Assembly (NCBI RefSeq): GCF_963921235.1
Contig: NC_086097.1
Location: forward strand, 217,684,001 to 217,748,000
DNA: 64,000 nt
Source of the DNA: Mobula hypostoma
Lineage: Eukaryota
Direction of reading: 5' to 3'
The position numbers were made by a program, and so were the translations under genes. How positions within the stretch are numbered: the first letter of the stretch is position 1; the number at the start of each line of letters is the position of its first letter. The notes beneath the pieces were generated by a model. It worked only from the letters and a program-made list of their open reading frames with translations, was not told where the DNA came from and searched no databases. Shown one piece after another: positions 12,619 through 24,869 of this stretch.

Positions 12619-13018
12619 ACCCAGAGGATGGGCAAGGGGTATAGTGAGAGGGACAAAGGAGAAAAAGGAGAGAAAGAGAAAGAATTTGTGTATAATTCCT
12701 CTGGGTTCCCCCCCCCCCCACTTTTCCTTCTCCCTGGGCCTCCTGTCCCATGATCCTCTCATATCCCTTTTGCCAATCAACTGTCCAGCACTTGGCTCCA
12801 TCCCTCCCCCTCCTGTCTTCTCCTATCATTTTGGATCGCTCCCTCTCCCTCCCACTTTCAAATCGCTTACTAGCACTTCTTTCAGTTAGTTCTGACGAAG
12901 GGTCTCGGCCTGAAACGTCGACTGTACCTCTTCCTAGAGATGCTGCCTGGCCTGCTGCGTTCACCAGCAACTTTGATGTGTGTTGCCTGAATTTCCAGCA
13001 TCTGCAGAATTCCTCGTG
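12619..13018 (+). mobile_element. PLE terminal repeat with a 5' inversion (12619-12695 inverted)
   Basis: 12697-13018 is near-identical to ~1780-2100; 12619-12695 is the reverse complement of ~1710-1790. Confidence 0.88.
12888..12923 (+). ncRNA. Minimal type-I hammerhead ribozyme motif (best-preserved core)
   Basis: AGTT-CTGACGA-AGGGTCTCGGCCT-GAAAC-GTC-GACT; palindromic ACGT at the helix III position; GUC cleavage triplet. Confidence 0.75.
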
Positions 13019-13479
13019 TAGTAGGTATGTACTGCCTTTCCAAGGAAAATAAACACTGTACTGAACATTCCTGCCTCCAACCTTAAAACGAAGCAGTTAA
13101 ATATGACTGGGGCCATGAAACTGACCCATAGATGTCCTGTGACAATGTCACATTAATGAGACAAATGGCTCAACCATCTTACTTTGTACTAGATATTTTC
13201 ACCAGTGGAGTTATCTTCCACCATCTAAGTCTACGTCACTCTATTGGTCTCCACATTTTACTAGAAATCAATGTTTCCATACTTAAAACTGGATGAACCA
13301 CGATTTACTGTCGTTAACATCACTAATGGACACAAAGACAATAAATTTGCCAAGTCCTTCTCATGGAGATCTGATGACTGGTGTCCAAATAGTAGAGCTG
13401 TGCCTCAAGGTATGATTCTTAGATCGTGATTAGTTAAGTAACAATACCTTACAGACATCATAACACTTCCAACACTAGG

Positions 13480-14500
13480 GGATTAGCACTGAGAAGACGA
13501 TGATGTTGAACACCAAGCTTTAATCAATAAACAGCTGCCTGATCCATATTTTATTGCTGTCCAGGTGTTCCAAAGCTGAGTGGAGAACCACTGAGATTGT
13601 GTACACTTTTGGTCTGTAGCAGACACATTGCAGCTTGTCCATGTCCTTGCTCAGGTAAGGGTTAATTTTAGCCATGACCAACCTCTCAAGGTACTTCATC
13701 ACAGCAGATGTGAGTGCTACTGGGTGACGGGGTCTGAGCCAGCTCACCCTATTCTTCTTGGCCACTGCTACGGTTGATATCCTCATGAAGCAGGTGGGAA
13801 CCTCCCAACTACAGCAGTGAGAGGTTAAAGGTATCCCTGAACATTCCATCCGTCAGTACTGATTTTCGGTACCCCACCGGATCCACTGACGGCGCCTGAT
13901 GCCTTGCGAGGGTTCTCCATCTTGAAGGATATTCCAATGCCAGCCTTGAAAACAAAGGTCACAGGGTTGTCAGATGCTGTGGGGATTTGCACAGGTGTAG
14001 TGTTATTCTCCCTCTTAAAGCATGCATAAAAGGCATTGAGCTCTTCAGGGAGTGAAGGTTTACTGCTGTTTATGCTGTTAGGTTCTGCCTAGTAGGAAGT
14101 AATGGCATGCAAACTCGACCACAGCCGTTCTGTATAAAATTATGTCTCTAACTTCACTAGAAATTGCCCTTTCACTTTCACACGGCCTTCTGTGAGTCAT
14201 ATCTGGACTCCTTGTAGGGTTCTAGTTCAATGGTCCTGAACACCACTGAACTAATTCTCAGCAGATTATTAATTTTCTGGCTCATTCAGCACTTCTTGTT
14301 TGGGAAGAATCAATACATTCCCAAAGCCGCACACTCACCCACGCAGTCTTATTGAAATCACTGAAGGCTGTGGCATATTGATTTACAACTGAAGATGAAC
14401 CTCTGAATATGATGCAGTCAACTGATTCAAAGCAGTTGTGTAAGAGCTCTTTCCCCTTATCTGACCATACCGTCATGGTTCTCAGCTTGACATCTATCAG
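13480..14500 (-). mobile_element. Rex1/Babar-like non-LTR retrotransposon fragment
   Basis: PVALTSAVMKYLERLV, LHSALEHLD, RQLFID and LHNCFESVD motifs. Confidence 0.7.
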
Positions 14501-16029
14501 GGGCAACTCCCAAACATACAGTAACTACTAGAAAGACAAGGGCAAAGGCACAAGCGAACACCACTACCAGCATGTTCCTTTCCAAGTGAAATTTTCCTAA
14601 TTTGGAAATGTAGTACAACTGTTTTATCATTACTGGGTCTAAATAAATGAATTCTCTTCTAAGTAACACCTTCATCAGCAGTTCAAGATGGTGGCTTACC
14701 ATCACTTTCTTAATGACGATTACGTATGGAATACCCTTCTCTTCCAAAGCTACTCTGCAGCCTTCTCATGAATCAGCTTAGCAAAACTTGATGAGCCCTT
14801 TCCAAGCATAAGCCCCTCGTCCAAATCATTCATATGGACTGCAAAGAACTGAGGCACCAGTGTCAGCCATTGTAACACTAGTAATGGTCTCCCAACGCAA
14901 AAAGTGACCCATTAATTCCCAGAGTTCTCTACCGATTAACTAATTTTCAGTCCACCCCAGTATATTGCCCAAATATCAGATGCTCTAGTTTTATTTAATG
15001 ATCTCTTCTGTGGCACATTACCTGTTCTGTTAGTAAACACTAAGAGATTTGTTAAATGCTATTTTTCTTTCACAGATCTATGTGGATTCTATCAGTACTA
15101 TAACGTTCCAAGTGTTCCATTACTACTTCCTTAATAATGCCCAACTTCTCCCAATATTGAAGTCAGCTGAACAGATCTATAATGCTTTTCTCTCTCCTCC
15201 TGCCCTAATTTTTAAAGTTCTGAAATATTTTCAATAATATCTATCTCCAAATTCACCTTCAAACCCTTATGATACAGTTCATTAGTAACAGGGGATTTAT
15301 CCCATTTCAGTCCTACTAATTTCTCCAGTATTAATACTTTTACTGTCTGCAGAATCACATGTTACTAATTTCTTCCAGTTTCTTTTCCTTCTCCTCCTTT
15401 TGTGAATTCTGAAATACATTCCCTACTTCCTCAGAAAATTAAACACCTTTTCCTTAAATCTAACATTACCTTTGATTTTTCGATATCTATCACTGGATCA
15501 GTCATAAACTTGTAAATTAAATATTATTTTTTCAAATGTTAACCATTACTTAAGTGCTCACTGTCATAACATTTAATATAATTATCTATTCCATCATTGT
15601 CAACTCACACCTGTCTTTGTAATTTGCATTATTCATTTTCAGACCCTAATTTCAGACTGAAGTAAATCACTTTCAATTTTTATATACAACTTGTATTGTG
15701 ATCAACGTTCTGTAAACACATTCATCACTCGATCTATTGAACCTTTTGCATGAAATGCTAGATTTTAAATAACTCTCTCTCTCATTGATTCTTCAACATA
15801 AATACCTAGAGAACCATTTTTATACACAACACCTCCATCCTCTACAATATTGCTGCCCATTTCATTTGCTTGGTCCACACGTACAGCATTTTAAATACTC
15901 ATGTGATTGCTGTATTGTCCCTGTTATAAGCACTTCTAATTTCCTTTGTATACTGACTACTGTATTACTTCTACTTTTTAAAGAGGTGGGGGTCTACAGA
16001 TAATTTTCAGTGTTTTCTGTGTTTCCATA

Positions 16030-16470
16030 CCAGGTGATGATGCAACGAGTTAGAATGCTCTCCATGGTACATCTGGGGAAATCTCCTCAAACTCTAATGA
16101 AATATAGCTGCTTCATTATTGACCCAGGATAGACTTCTAGAGATCTTGACACCCAGGAACTTGAAACTACACACCCTTTCCTCTCCTGACCTCTTGATGC
16201 ATGTTCGACTTCTCCTTCCTGAAGTCCACAATCAATTCCTTGGACTAACTGAACCCAAGATTATTGTTGCGATATTATTCAATCACTTGATCTATCTCAC
16301 TCAGTTCGCCACCTTGTCATCACCTGAGATTCTGCCAACAGCCGTGTCACCTGCAAGTTTATAGATGCCATCTGAGCTGTGCCTAGCCACAGTCATGGGT
16401 GTAGAGAGGAAGAACAACGGGCTAAGCACGTAACCTTGAAGTGTACGAATATTGATTGCCAGCAAGGAGG
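16030..16470 (-). mobile_element. Rex1/Babar-like RT fragment
   Basis: QGYVLSPLFF...IYKLAGDTAVGRIS (RT core). Confidence 0.65.
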
Positions 16471-16479
16471 AGTGGTGTA

Positions 16480-18105
16480 AACAAGAGTCCATGGAAAGAT
16501 CCTTGCATGGATAGATTAACTGATTGACAGGAGAGGGAATAACCGGAGCCTTTCCTGGTTGGCACCTAGTGATGAGTGGTTGTTCCACAGGGGTCATTGT
16601 TGGGACTGCTTCTTTTCATGTTATATGTCAATGGTTTGGATGACGGAATGATTACTTTGTGGCCAAGTTTGTGGATAATACAAAGATATGTGGAGATACA
16701 TGGTGTTAAGGAAGCACGGAATCTGCAAAGGATTTAGACAGATTAGGAGAATAGGCAAAGACATGGCAGATGAAATATAGTGTTGCTAGAAGGAATAAAG
16801 CTATAAAACTTTTCTTTTAAAACAGGGAGTAAATTCAGAGGTGCAAAGGGACTAGGGAGTTCTCAAACATCGTTTCCTCTAATTTCCAGCAATTTTTCCT
16901 CCTCCCTTTTCCTCTTCCATTCCCCATTCTGGCTTCCTTCTTACCTCTTCTCACCTGCCTATCACCTCCCCTAATGCCCTTCCTTTTCTCCATAGTCCAC
17001 TCTCCTCTTCTATCAGATTCCTTCTTCTCCAGCCCTTTATCTTTTCCACCTATCACCTACCTGCCTCTTGCATCATCCACCTCCCCCACCCACCTGGCTT
17101 CACCTATCACTTTCTAGCTTGTATTTCTTCCCCTCCACTCATCACCTTATTCTGGTTTCTTCCCCTTCGTTTCCAGTCCTGGTGAAGGATCTTGGCCCGA
17201 AACATCAACTATTTCTTCCTTTCCATAGATGCTGCCTGATCTGTTGAGTTCCTCCAGCATTTGTATATGTTACTTGGGCATTCTCGTGCAGGGTTCCCTA
17301 AAAGTTAGCTTGCAGGTTGAGTTGGTGGTAAGAAAGGCAAATGCAACGTTAGCATTCATTTCAAGAGGACTAGAATATAAAAGCAAAGTAAGTAGTGCTG
17401 AGGCTTTATAACACATTGGTCAGATCGCACTTGGAGTATTGTGAGCAGTTTTGGGCCCATTACTCCTTGCTGGCAATCAATATTCGTACCTTCAAAGATA
17501 CATGCTTAGCCCACTATTCTACCTCTCTGCACCTATGACTGTGTGGCTAGGAACAGCTCAAATGGCATCTATAAATTTGCAGATGACCCGACTGTTGGCA
17601 GAATCTAATAAAGGGTATGCTGGCATAGGAGAGGGTTCAGAAAAGGTTCAAGAGAATGATCCTAGGAATGAAAGGGTTAACGTATGAGGAGTGTTTGATG
17701 GCTCTGGGTCTGTACTTACTGGAGTTTAGAAAAATAAGGGAGGATCTAATTGAAACCTATCAAATACTGCAAGGCATAGATAGATAGCATGAAGTTTCCT
17801 ATAGTGGTGGAGTCTAGGACCAGAGAACACACTCTTCGAATAGGAAGTCCCTTTAGAGTAGAGTTGAGGAGATAAAGCCAGAGAGTGGTGAATACGTGGA
17901 ATTTGTTGTCACAGATGGCTGTGGAGGCCAAGTCATTGGGTATAGTATATTTAAAGCAGAGGTTGATAGGTTCTTGGTTAGTAAGGATTATGGGAAAAGG
18001 CAGGAGAACAGGTTTGAGAAAGATTATAAATCAGCCATGATGGAATGGCAGAGCAAACTTGTTGGGTCGAATAGCATAATTCTGCTCCTGTCTTATGTTC
18101 TTTAA
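16480..18105 (+). mobile_element. CR1 RT/3' end, interrupted by a PLE terminal repeat (~16865-17270) and a Rex1/Babar piece (~17461-17600)
   Basis: VRKANATLAFISRGLEYKS and FKAEVDRFL; the inserts match other PLE and Rex copies in the window. Confidence 0.8.
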
Positions 18106-18511
18106 TGTTTTTTTAAAAGATCTTCCCACGCTTTATGAATTTCTACACTAATATAATTCCTCTATTCTCCTTGTAACTCATTCTTTATTATCAAGGCTTG
18201 CCAGCCTCCTGTCCCATTTTACCCATCTCTTCTGATGACTAAATATTGAGGAATATTTAATTCCCAACCTTTGGTAACTCCCTGGAATGGTAATTGATTT
18301 GTACTAATGTAATTCTATTTGTGCTATACTTCCTCTACTTTCTTACAAAAGCTGCTTGCATTCAGATAAAGAAAATGCAATTTTATCTGTCTGACCAATT
18401 TTCCCTTCTGTAGCTCAAATGCTTACTGTATTCCCTTAATAACAAATTAGCTATTACACCTTTCATCCTTCCCTACCATTACTGCTACCTAGCCTAACGT
18501 GTTTTCTTACA

Positions 18512-19258
18512 AACGCGAGAAAATCTGCATATGCTAGAAATCAAAGCCCCAGCCACAAAATGCTGGATGGCTCAGCAGGCCAGGCAGCATCTATGGAAAG
18601 GAGTGAACAGTCGAGTGTTTTGGGCCGAAACCCTGCATCAGGACTAGGAAGAAAGATGGGAAGTCAGAGTAAGAAGGTGGGAGGAGGGGTGGAAGTAAAG
18701 TTGGTAGGTGATAGGTGAAACCGGGACAGGGGCAGAAGTGAAGTAAAGAGCTGGGAAGTTGATGGTGAAAGAGATAAAAGGCTGGAGGAGGGGAGGTAAG
18801 GAGATAAGATGAGAGAGGGAAACAGGAATGGGCAATGGTGAAGTGTGGGGGGGGGGAATATATTCCATCTGGGTAGCCTCCAACTAGATGGCATGAACAT
18901 TGATTTCTCAAGCTTCTAGTATCTGAACCTCCTTCACCATTCTCCATTCCTGTTTCCCTCTCTCAACTTATCTTCCTACTTGCCCATCACTTCCCTCTAA
19001 TTGCTTCCCCCCTCCTGCAGCCCTTTATCTCTTTCACCAATCAACTTCCCAGCTCTTTACAACCCCTCTTCCCTGTCCAGGTTTCACTTATCACCTATCA
19101 CCTCGTACTTCTCCCCTCCCCCCCCACCTTGTTATTCTGACTTCTTCCCCCTTCCTCTCCAGTCCTGATGAAGGGTTTCAGCCCAAGAGGTTGAGTGTTC
19201 ACTCTTTTCCATAGATGCTGCCTAGTCTGCTGAGTTCCTCCAGCATTTTGTGTGTTAA
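18512..19258. mobile_element. Inverted pair of PLE 3' termini forming a ~750-bp palindrome
   Basis: The left arm (~18555-18845) is the approximate reverse complement of the right arm (~18935-19253); the centre is the GIY-YIG C-terminus (GSLQLDGMNIDFS). Confidence 0.82.
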
Positions 19259-19838
19259 CTTGTTTTCTTGGTCAGTTCTGATGAAATCTATTCAACCTGA
19301 AATGTGTTTTCTTCCACATATACTGCGAAGTTTTTCCAGTTTTTTCCACCTTTATTATCACTTCAAAAGGCAACTGGGGAGAACAGATGCTTATGATCTA
19401 TTTAGGAATTTAAACTATGATTCAGAAATCCTGAAAATAAATATTTTAAAAAATATTGCCATGAGCTCTTTATTATCACCCAAGATGTTTGGTCTAAAAG
19501 ATAAATCCTAACCACACTGTACTTCTTCAGTTCCTTGTCAAAGTATCCGCCTATATTTTTCTATTCAAATCTCAAAACTGGAACCATTTTGTTTTAAATT
19601 TAGCTGTTTAGTGGGACCTAGCTTTCCCGGCAATGCAGGTATTAATTAGCAATTCATAATTGTCTTCAAGCACAGAATCTTGAGACAAGTGTAGAACCAA
19701 ATGAGCTTCCACAGGGATTACAAAGCACCATCCAAACAGAATATACAATTTGTTCACGACCATCCGAAATAAAACATTGATCGGCTTAGTTTATTTCAAT
19801 CTTTTGGGGGGAAAACAGACAAGCTTCCAAATTCTTAC

Positions 19839-19921
19839 AAAATGGGACACGGTCGGGCTGATCATGATAAAACATGGTGTACATGCTGGGTTTCCCCATT
19901 GCTAACAATAATAACATTGGA
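19839..19921 (-). other. Candidate exon 2 (83 nt) of the unidentified transcript
   Basis: Acceptor ccttctttgacag|T and donor TTT|GTAAGA; unique sequence about 630 bp from exon 1. Confidence 0.5.
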
Positions 19922-20552
19922 CTGTCAAAGAAGGCATGAAGTAAGGTAACTAAGAAGAAAATAAGATCTGTCTGGATAAAGTGCAAGTGCAAGCTAGTTA
20001 TTACAGGAAAACTGAATGAATGTTGAAATTATGAAATATAATACTGGAAATGCCAATTACCTGAAATCATAAAACTTAATTTTGTCACAAATGTTAATAC
20101 GTTGAAAATTATGTTTCAAACAGTAAATTTTAATTTTATTTAACAGAATAGTGTAAAAGAATAAAATTTAACAGAATAAAGTTTGTTGAACATGGTTTAA
20201 TTCTTTTATCCTCAAGTCACTATGTACAGTGATTAATTTGCGAATTTAAGCGCAGGAAGCTGATTTTTAATAAAAGTGTTTATTTAATGGGTTTCTCCTG
20301 TGCTTTGTATTATTCACAAGATGCGGGTTAATTTTAATCAGACACACGACCGAGTAGAAAATTTGTATTTCAGATTTCATATTAACCTGGGGTTCAACGT
20401 GCAATCTAGGCCTGAAATCGACTCCGTTTTTTAGAAAGGTCAAGTAGATGGTTTAAAATGATAAGAAGTACACAGGAACGCCCGTATCTCCTTTGTGCAA
20501 CAGGAAGCTAATTGTAAAAAACAATCATAGCTTTGTAATTCGATTTAGTTAC

Positions 20553-20880
20553 CCCAAGGGTGGCGAATCGGCGTGTCCTCTCCCCGCCTCCGTTGTGGCC
20601 AGGACCTTGGACGCGGGCGGGCCCCGGTTCCCGAGGGTGCTCCATTTCCAGGTTTTCTTCCCACGAAAACGGTTCAATGTATGAGTTCGGCCGACCGAGG
20701 CTGTTCGGAAGGAGAAGGCGCGGTACTAGCCGTAGCCATTCCACAGGCACGGACCAAAGCGATCGGACGGAGACTCGCAGCGCCGCGCCGCCGCAGCAAC
20801 AGAACGGGCTCGCCATTGGACCGAGCGCTGGCGGGGAGAGACGGTCTGCACTGAGGCGTCTTACTAGCGGAGTATTAATC
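20553..20880 (-). promoter_or_regulatory. CpG-island promoter and first exon of an unidentified minus-strand transcript
   Basis: Sharply GC- and CpG-rich island in AT-rich surroundings; CCAAT box at 20815-20819 (minus); GC box; donor GGG|GTAACT at 20553/20552 at the island edge. Confidence 0.7.
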
Positions 20881-21304
20881 TAGAAGTGGTCTTTTACTAA
20901 TAGTACTGACAACTACTTGAGGGAGCTGGCCTGATGATCGGGGGAAGAAACTTATTATTCGTGATGTAGGAGAGCGGGCTTTTGTCTTAGTACTATTATG
21001 ATGAAATACTGGAATCCAAGTATGTTATTATAACTGATAATTAAGTATGTTCTGCTACTAATAATAATGGGCAAGAGGCAACTTATTACTGGTGGTGTTA
21101 CAGGATAACTAGTCTGCCTCTTGCACAAGTGATGGTGCAACAGAGATGGTACTGTCACTAATGGTAAGAGGAGTAGGTTATTTTCTATATATTCTGGGGT
21201 GGGCTGTATTTTACTGTTATTGGTAATGCAAGAGATGCAGTGTGTTTCAGCCAGTGCTGATGATTAGGAAAGGCAGTCCACTACAAATAATAGTTATGAT
21301 AATA

Positions 21305-24300
21305 TACCATAAGATATAGGAGCAGAATTAGAGCATTTGACCTATATCTGCACTGGCATTTCATCATGGCTGATCCATTTTTTCTCTCAACCCCATTTCC
21401 TGCCTCCTCTCTCCCCACCCCACCCCCATTCCTTCATGCCCTGACCAGTCAGAATCTATCAACCTCTGCATTAAATGTACATACAGAATTGGCCGCCATA
21501 GCTGTCTGTACAATGAATTCCACAAATTCACCTCTCTCTGGTTAAAGAAATTCCTCCCCCTCTCTGTTCTAAGAGGATGTCCCTTGGTTCTGAGGGACCA
21601 TACATGTCCTTTGGTCTTAGACTCTCCCTCCAGAGGAAACATCCTCTACACATTGACTCTATCATAGACTTTCATCTTTCAATAGGTTTTAGTTAGGTCT
21701 GAAGTCCAGTGACTACAGGCCCAGAGCCTTCAAACACTTTTCATATGTCAAGCTGTTCAATCCTGGAATCATTTTCGTGAACATCCTTTGAACCCTCCCC
21801 AGGTTCAGCATATCCTTTCTAAGATAAGGGGCCCAAAACTGCTCACAATACTCCAAGTGAGGCCCCACCAGTGCTTTATAAAGTCTCAACATTACATCCC
21901 TGCTTTTATATTATAGTCCTCTTGAAATGAATGCTAACATTGCATTTGTCTTCCTCACCACAGCCTCAACCTGCAACTGAACCTTTAGGGAATCCTGGAC
22001 AAGGACTCCCAAAATCTCTTTGCACCTCAGATTTTTGTATTTTCTCTCCATTTAGAAAATAGTCAACCCTCTCAACTTTTCTACGAAAGTGCATGACCGT
22101 ACACTTCCTGACACTGTATTCCATCTGCCACTTCCTTGCCCATTCTCCTAATCGGTTTAAGTCCTTCTGTACCCTTTCTGCTTCCTCAAAACATCCTGCC
22201 CTTCCACCTATCGTCATATCATCTGCAAACTTTGCAACAAAGCCATCAATTCCATCATCCAAACATTGACATATAACATAAAAAGAATTGGACCCTACAC
22301 AGTCCCCTGTGGAATACTGCTAGTCACTGGCAGCCAACCAGAAAGGGTTCCCTTTATTCTCACTCTTTGCTTCCTGCCAATCAGCCACTACTTTATTCAA
22401 GCTAGAACCTTTCTTGTAATACCATGGGCTCATAACTTGCTAAGCAGCCTCATGTGTGACAAATGGTCAAAGGCCTTCTGAAAATCCAAGTACACAACAT
22501 CAACCAATTCTCCTTTGTCTATCCTGCTTGTTATTTCTTCAAAGAATTCCAACAGATTTGTCAGGCAAGATTTTCCCTTGAAACCATGCTGACTATATCC
22601 TATTTTATCCTGTACCCCGAAACCACATCCTTAACTATCAGCTTCAATACCTTCCCAACCATTGAGGTCAGACTAACTGGCCTATAACTTCTTTTCTTCT
22701 GCCTCTCTCCCTTCTTGAAGAGTGGAGTGACATTTGCAATCTTCTAGTCTTCCGGAACCATTCCAGTATCTAGTGATTTTTGAAAGATCATTATTAATAT
22801 CTCCACAATCTCGTCAGTCACCTCTCTCAGAACCTTAGAGTATACACCTTCTGGTCCAGGTGACTTATCTTTTGTACCTTCAGTCCTTTCAGTTTCTCAA
22901 GAACCTTCTCTCTAGTAAAGCTAACTTCACATACGTAATGATCCCTGACACCTTGAACTTCCACCATACTGCTAATGTTGTTCACAGTGATGACTGATGC
23001 AAAATACTTACTCAGTTTGTTCGCCATTTCATTGTTCCCCATTACTACCTCTCCAGCATTGTTTCCTAGCGGTCCAATGTCCACTTTTGCGTCTCTTTTA
23101 CACTTTGTGTCTGAAGAAACTTTTGGTATCCTCTTTCATGTTATTGGCTAGCTTACTTTTGCATTCCATCTTTACCTCCTTAATTATCTCTAACTTCCCA
23201 CTAATTTTTGTTCTATGATATGCCCTCTCTTTGGCTTTTATGTTGGCTTTGACTTCTGTTGTTAGCCACGGTTGTGTCATCTTGCTTTTAGAATACGTCT
23301 TCCTCTTTGGGATGTATATATCCTGTGCCTTCCAGATTGCTCTCAGAAATTCCGGCCATTGCTGCTCTGCTATCATCCCTGATGATGTTCTTTTCCAATC
23401 AATTCTGGCCAACTTCTCTCTCGTTCCTCTAATTCCGTTTATTCCACTGTAATACTGATACACCTGACTTTAGCTTCTCCTCAATTTTAAGGGTGAATTC
23501 AATCATTTTATGATCACTTGCCCCTAAGAGTTCTTTTACCTAATCAATTCTGGTTCATTGCACAACACCCATTCCAGAATAGCTGATCCCCTCGTGGGCT
23601 CAACCATGAGCTGCTCTAAAAAGCCATCTCGTAGGCAGTCTAGAAATACTCCCTCTTGGGATCCACCACCAGCCCAATTTTCCTAATCTATTTGTGTGTT
23701 GAAATCCCCCATTGCTCTTTCGGCAAGCATTTTCTACCTCCCATTGTAATTTGTAGACCATATCCTTACTACTGTTTAGGGGTCTGTATACAACCCCCAT
23801 CAGGGTCTTTTTATCCTTGCAGTTCCTTAGCTCTATCCACAATGATTCAACACCTTCTGACCCTATGTCTCTTCTTTTTATGAATTGATTTCATTTTTTA
23901 CCAACAGAGTAATGCCACCCCCTCTGCCTTCCTGCATATCCTTTCGATACAATGTGTATCCTTGGACATTAAGCTCCCAGCTATAATCTTCTCTCAGCTA
24001 CCTGATTCAGTGATGTGTACAACATCATATATGCCAATCTGTAACTGCTATACATTCATCTACTTTATTGTGTATACTGCATGCATTCAAATATAACACC
24101 TGTAGTTTTGTATTCACCCTTTTTGATTTTGTCCTCCTTTTACATTGAAGCTCATCCCTTTGACTGCAATTTTGCCCCATTATCAGCCTCTGCTTGCTGG
24201 GAGTCTCAAGAAACATTGCGTCCGTGTGTAAACCAACTACCTCATCCTCAGCACGATCACTCTGGTTCCCATCCCCTGTCAAATTTGCTTAAACCCTCCC

Positions 24301-24530
24301 GAACAACTCTAGCTAATCTGCCCACAAGGCTATTGAACCTCCTCTGGTCTAGCTGTAACCCATCCCTTTTGTGCAGTCTGTACCTTCCCCAGAAGAGATA
24401 CCAATGATCCTTAAATCTGAATCCCTGCCTCCTGTACCTTGCCATCCTCACCTTATCATCATTGGGTTGCGGCACAGGCAGCAATCCAGAGATTACTATA
24501 CTGGAGGTCCTGTTTTTCAGCTTAAGCAAT
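21305..24530 (-). mobile_element. CR1 LINE from the end of ORF1 through ORF2 to the 3' end, degraded
   Basis: VISGLLPVP (ORF1 esterase), VLYLNACSI, WIELRNCKDKKTLMGVVYRP, FVAKFADD and RNFFNQR. Confidence 0.9.
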
Positions 24531-24869
24531 AGAGTATTTAACTAGTATTGCAGATGATAACATGGGAGCTGTAAGTTTATTCAAAACAATGTCACTGTAC
24601 ACAGAAAGAGGCCAGAATTCAGTTCTATTTCCCTCCTTTGTCCCTATAGTCCAGCAAATTACCTTCCCTTAAGTACCTTTCCTGATCCAATTTGAAATCC
24701 AGTGGATTTTGCACCATCACTCCAGACAATGATTTCCAACTATTTTTCCTCATTTTCCCTGCTGTATTATTTGCTCTTGACTCTATGTCAGTGTCCTTTA
24801 ACCATGTGTGAATGTGAACACCCCATCTCTATTTGTCTCTCCTGAACCCATCCTCATCTACGAATACAC

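Noticed and set aside
5257..19921. Selenocysteine or stop-readthrough to fuse the leader ORFs into one protein
   Set aside because: Reading through the TGA in exon 2 meets further TGA and TAG stops; no continuous frame exists.
1..20552. SNORD87 or other C/D snoRNA expected if the downstream transcript were the SNHG6 equivalent
   Set aside because: I found no convincing C box/D box pair or guide sequence by eye; an Infernal search would settle it.
20508..20816. 102-aa ORF MASPFCCCGG... as a protein N-terminus
   Set aside because: Its ATG is part of a CCAAT box likely upstream of the TSS, the frame stops in predicted exon 2, and I see no recognisable homology. The overlapping plus-strand ORFs are GC-rich artefacts.
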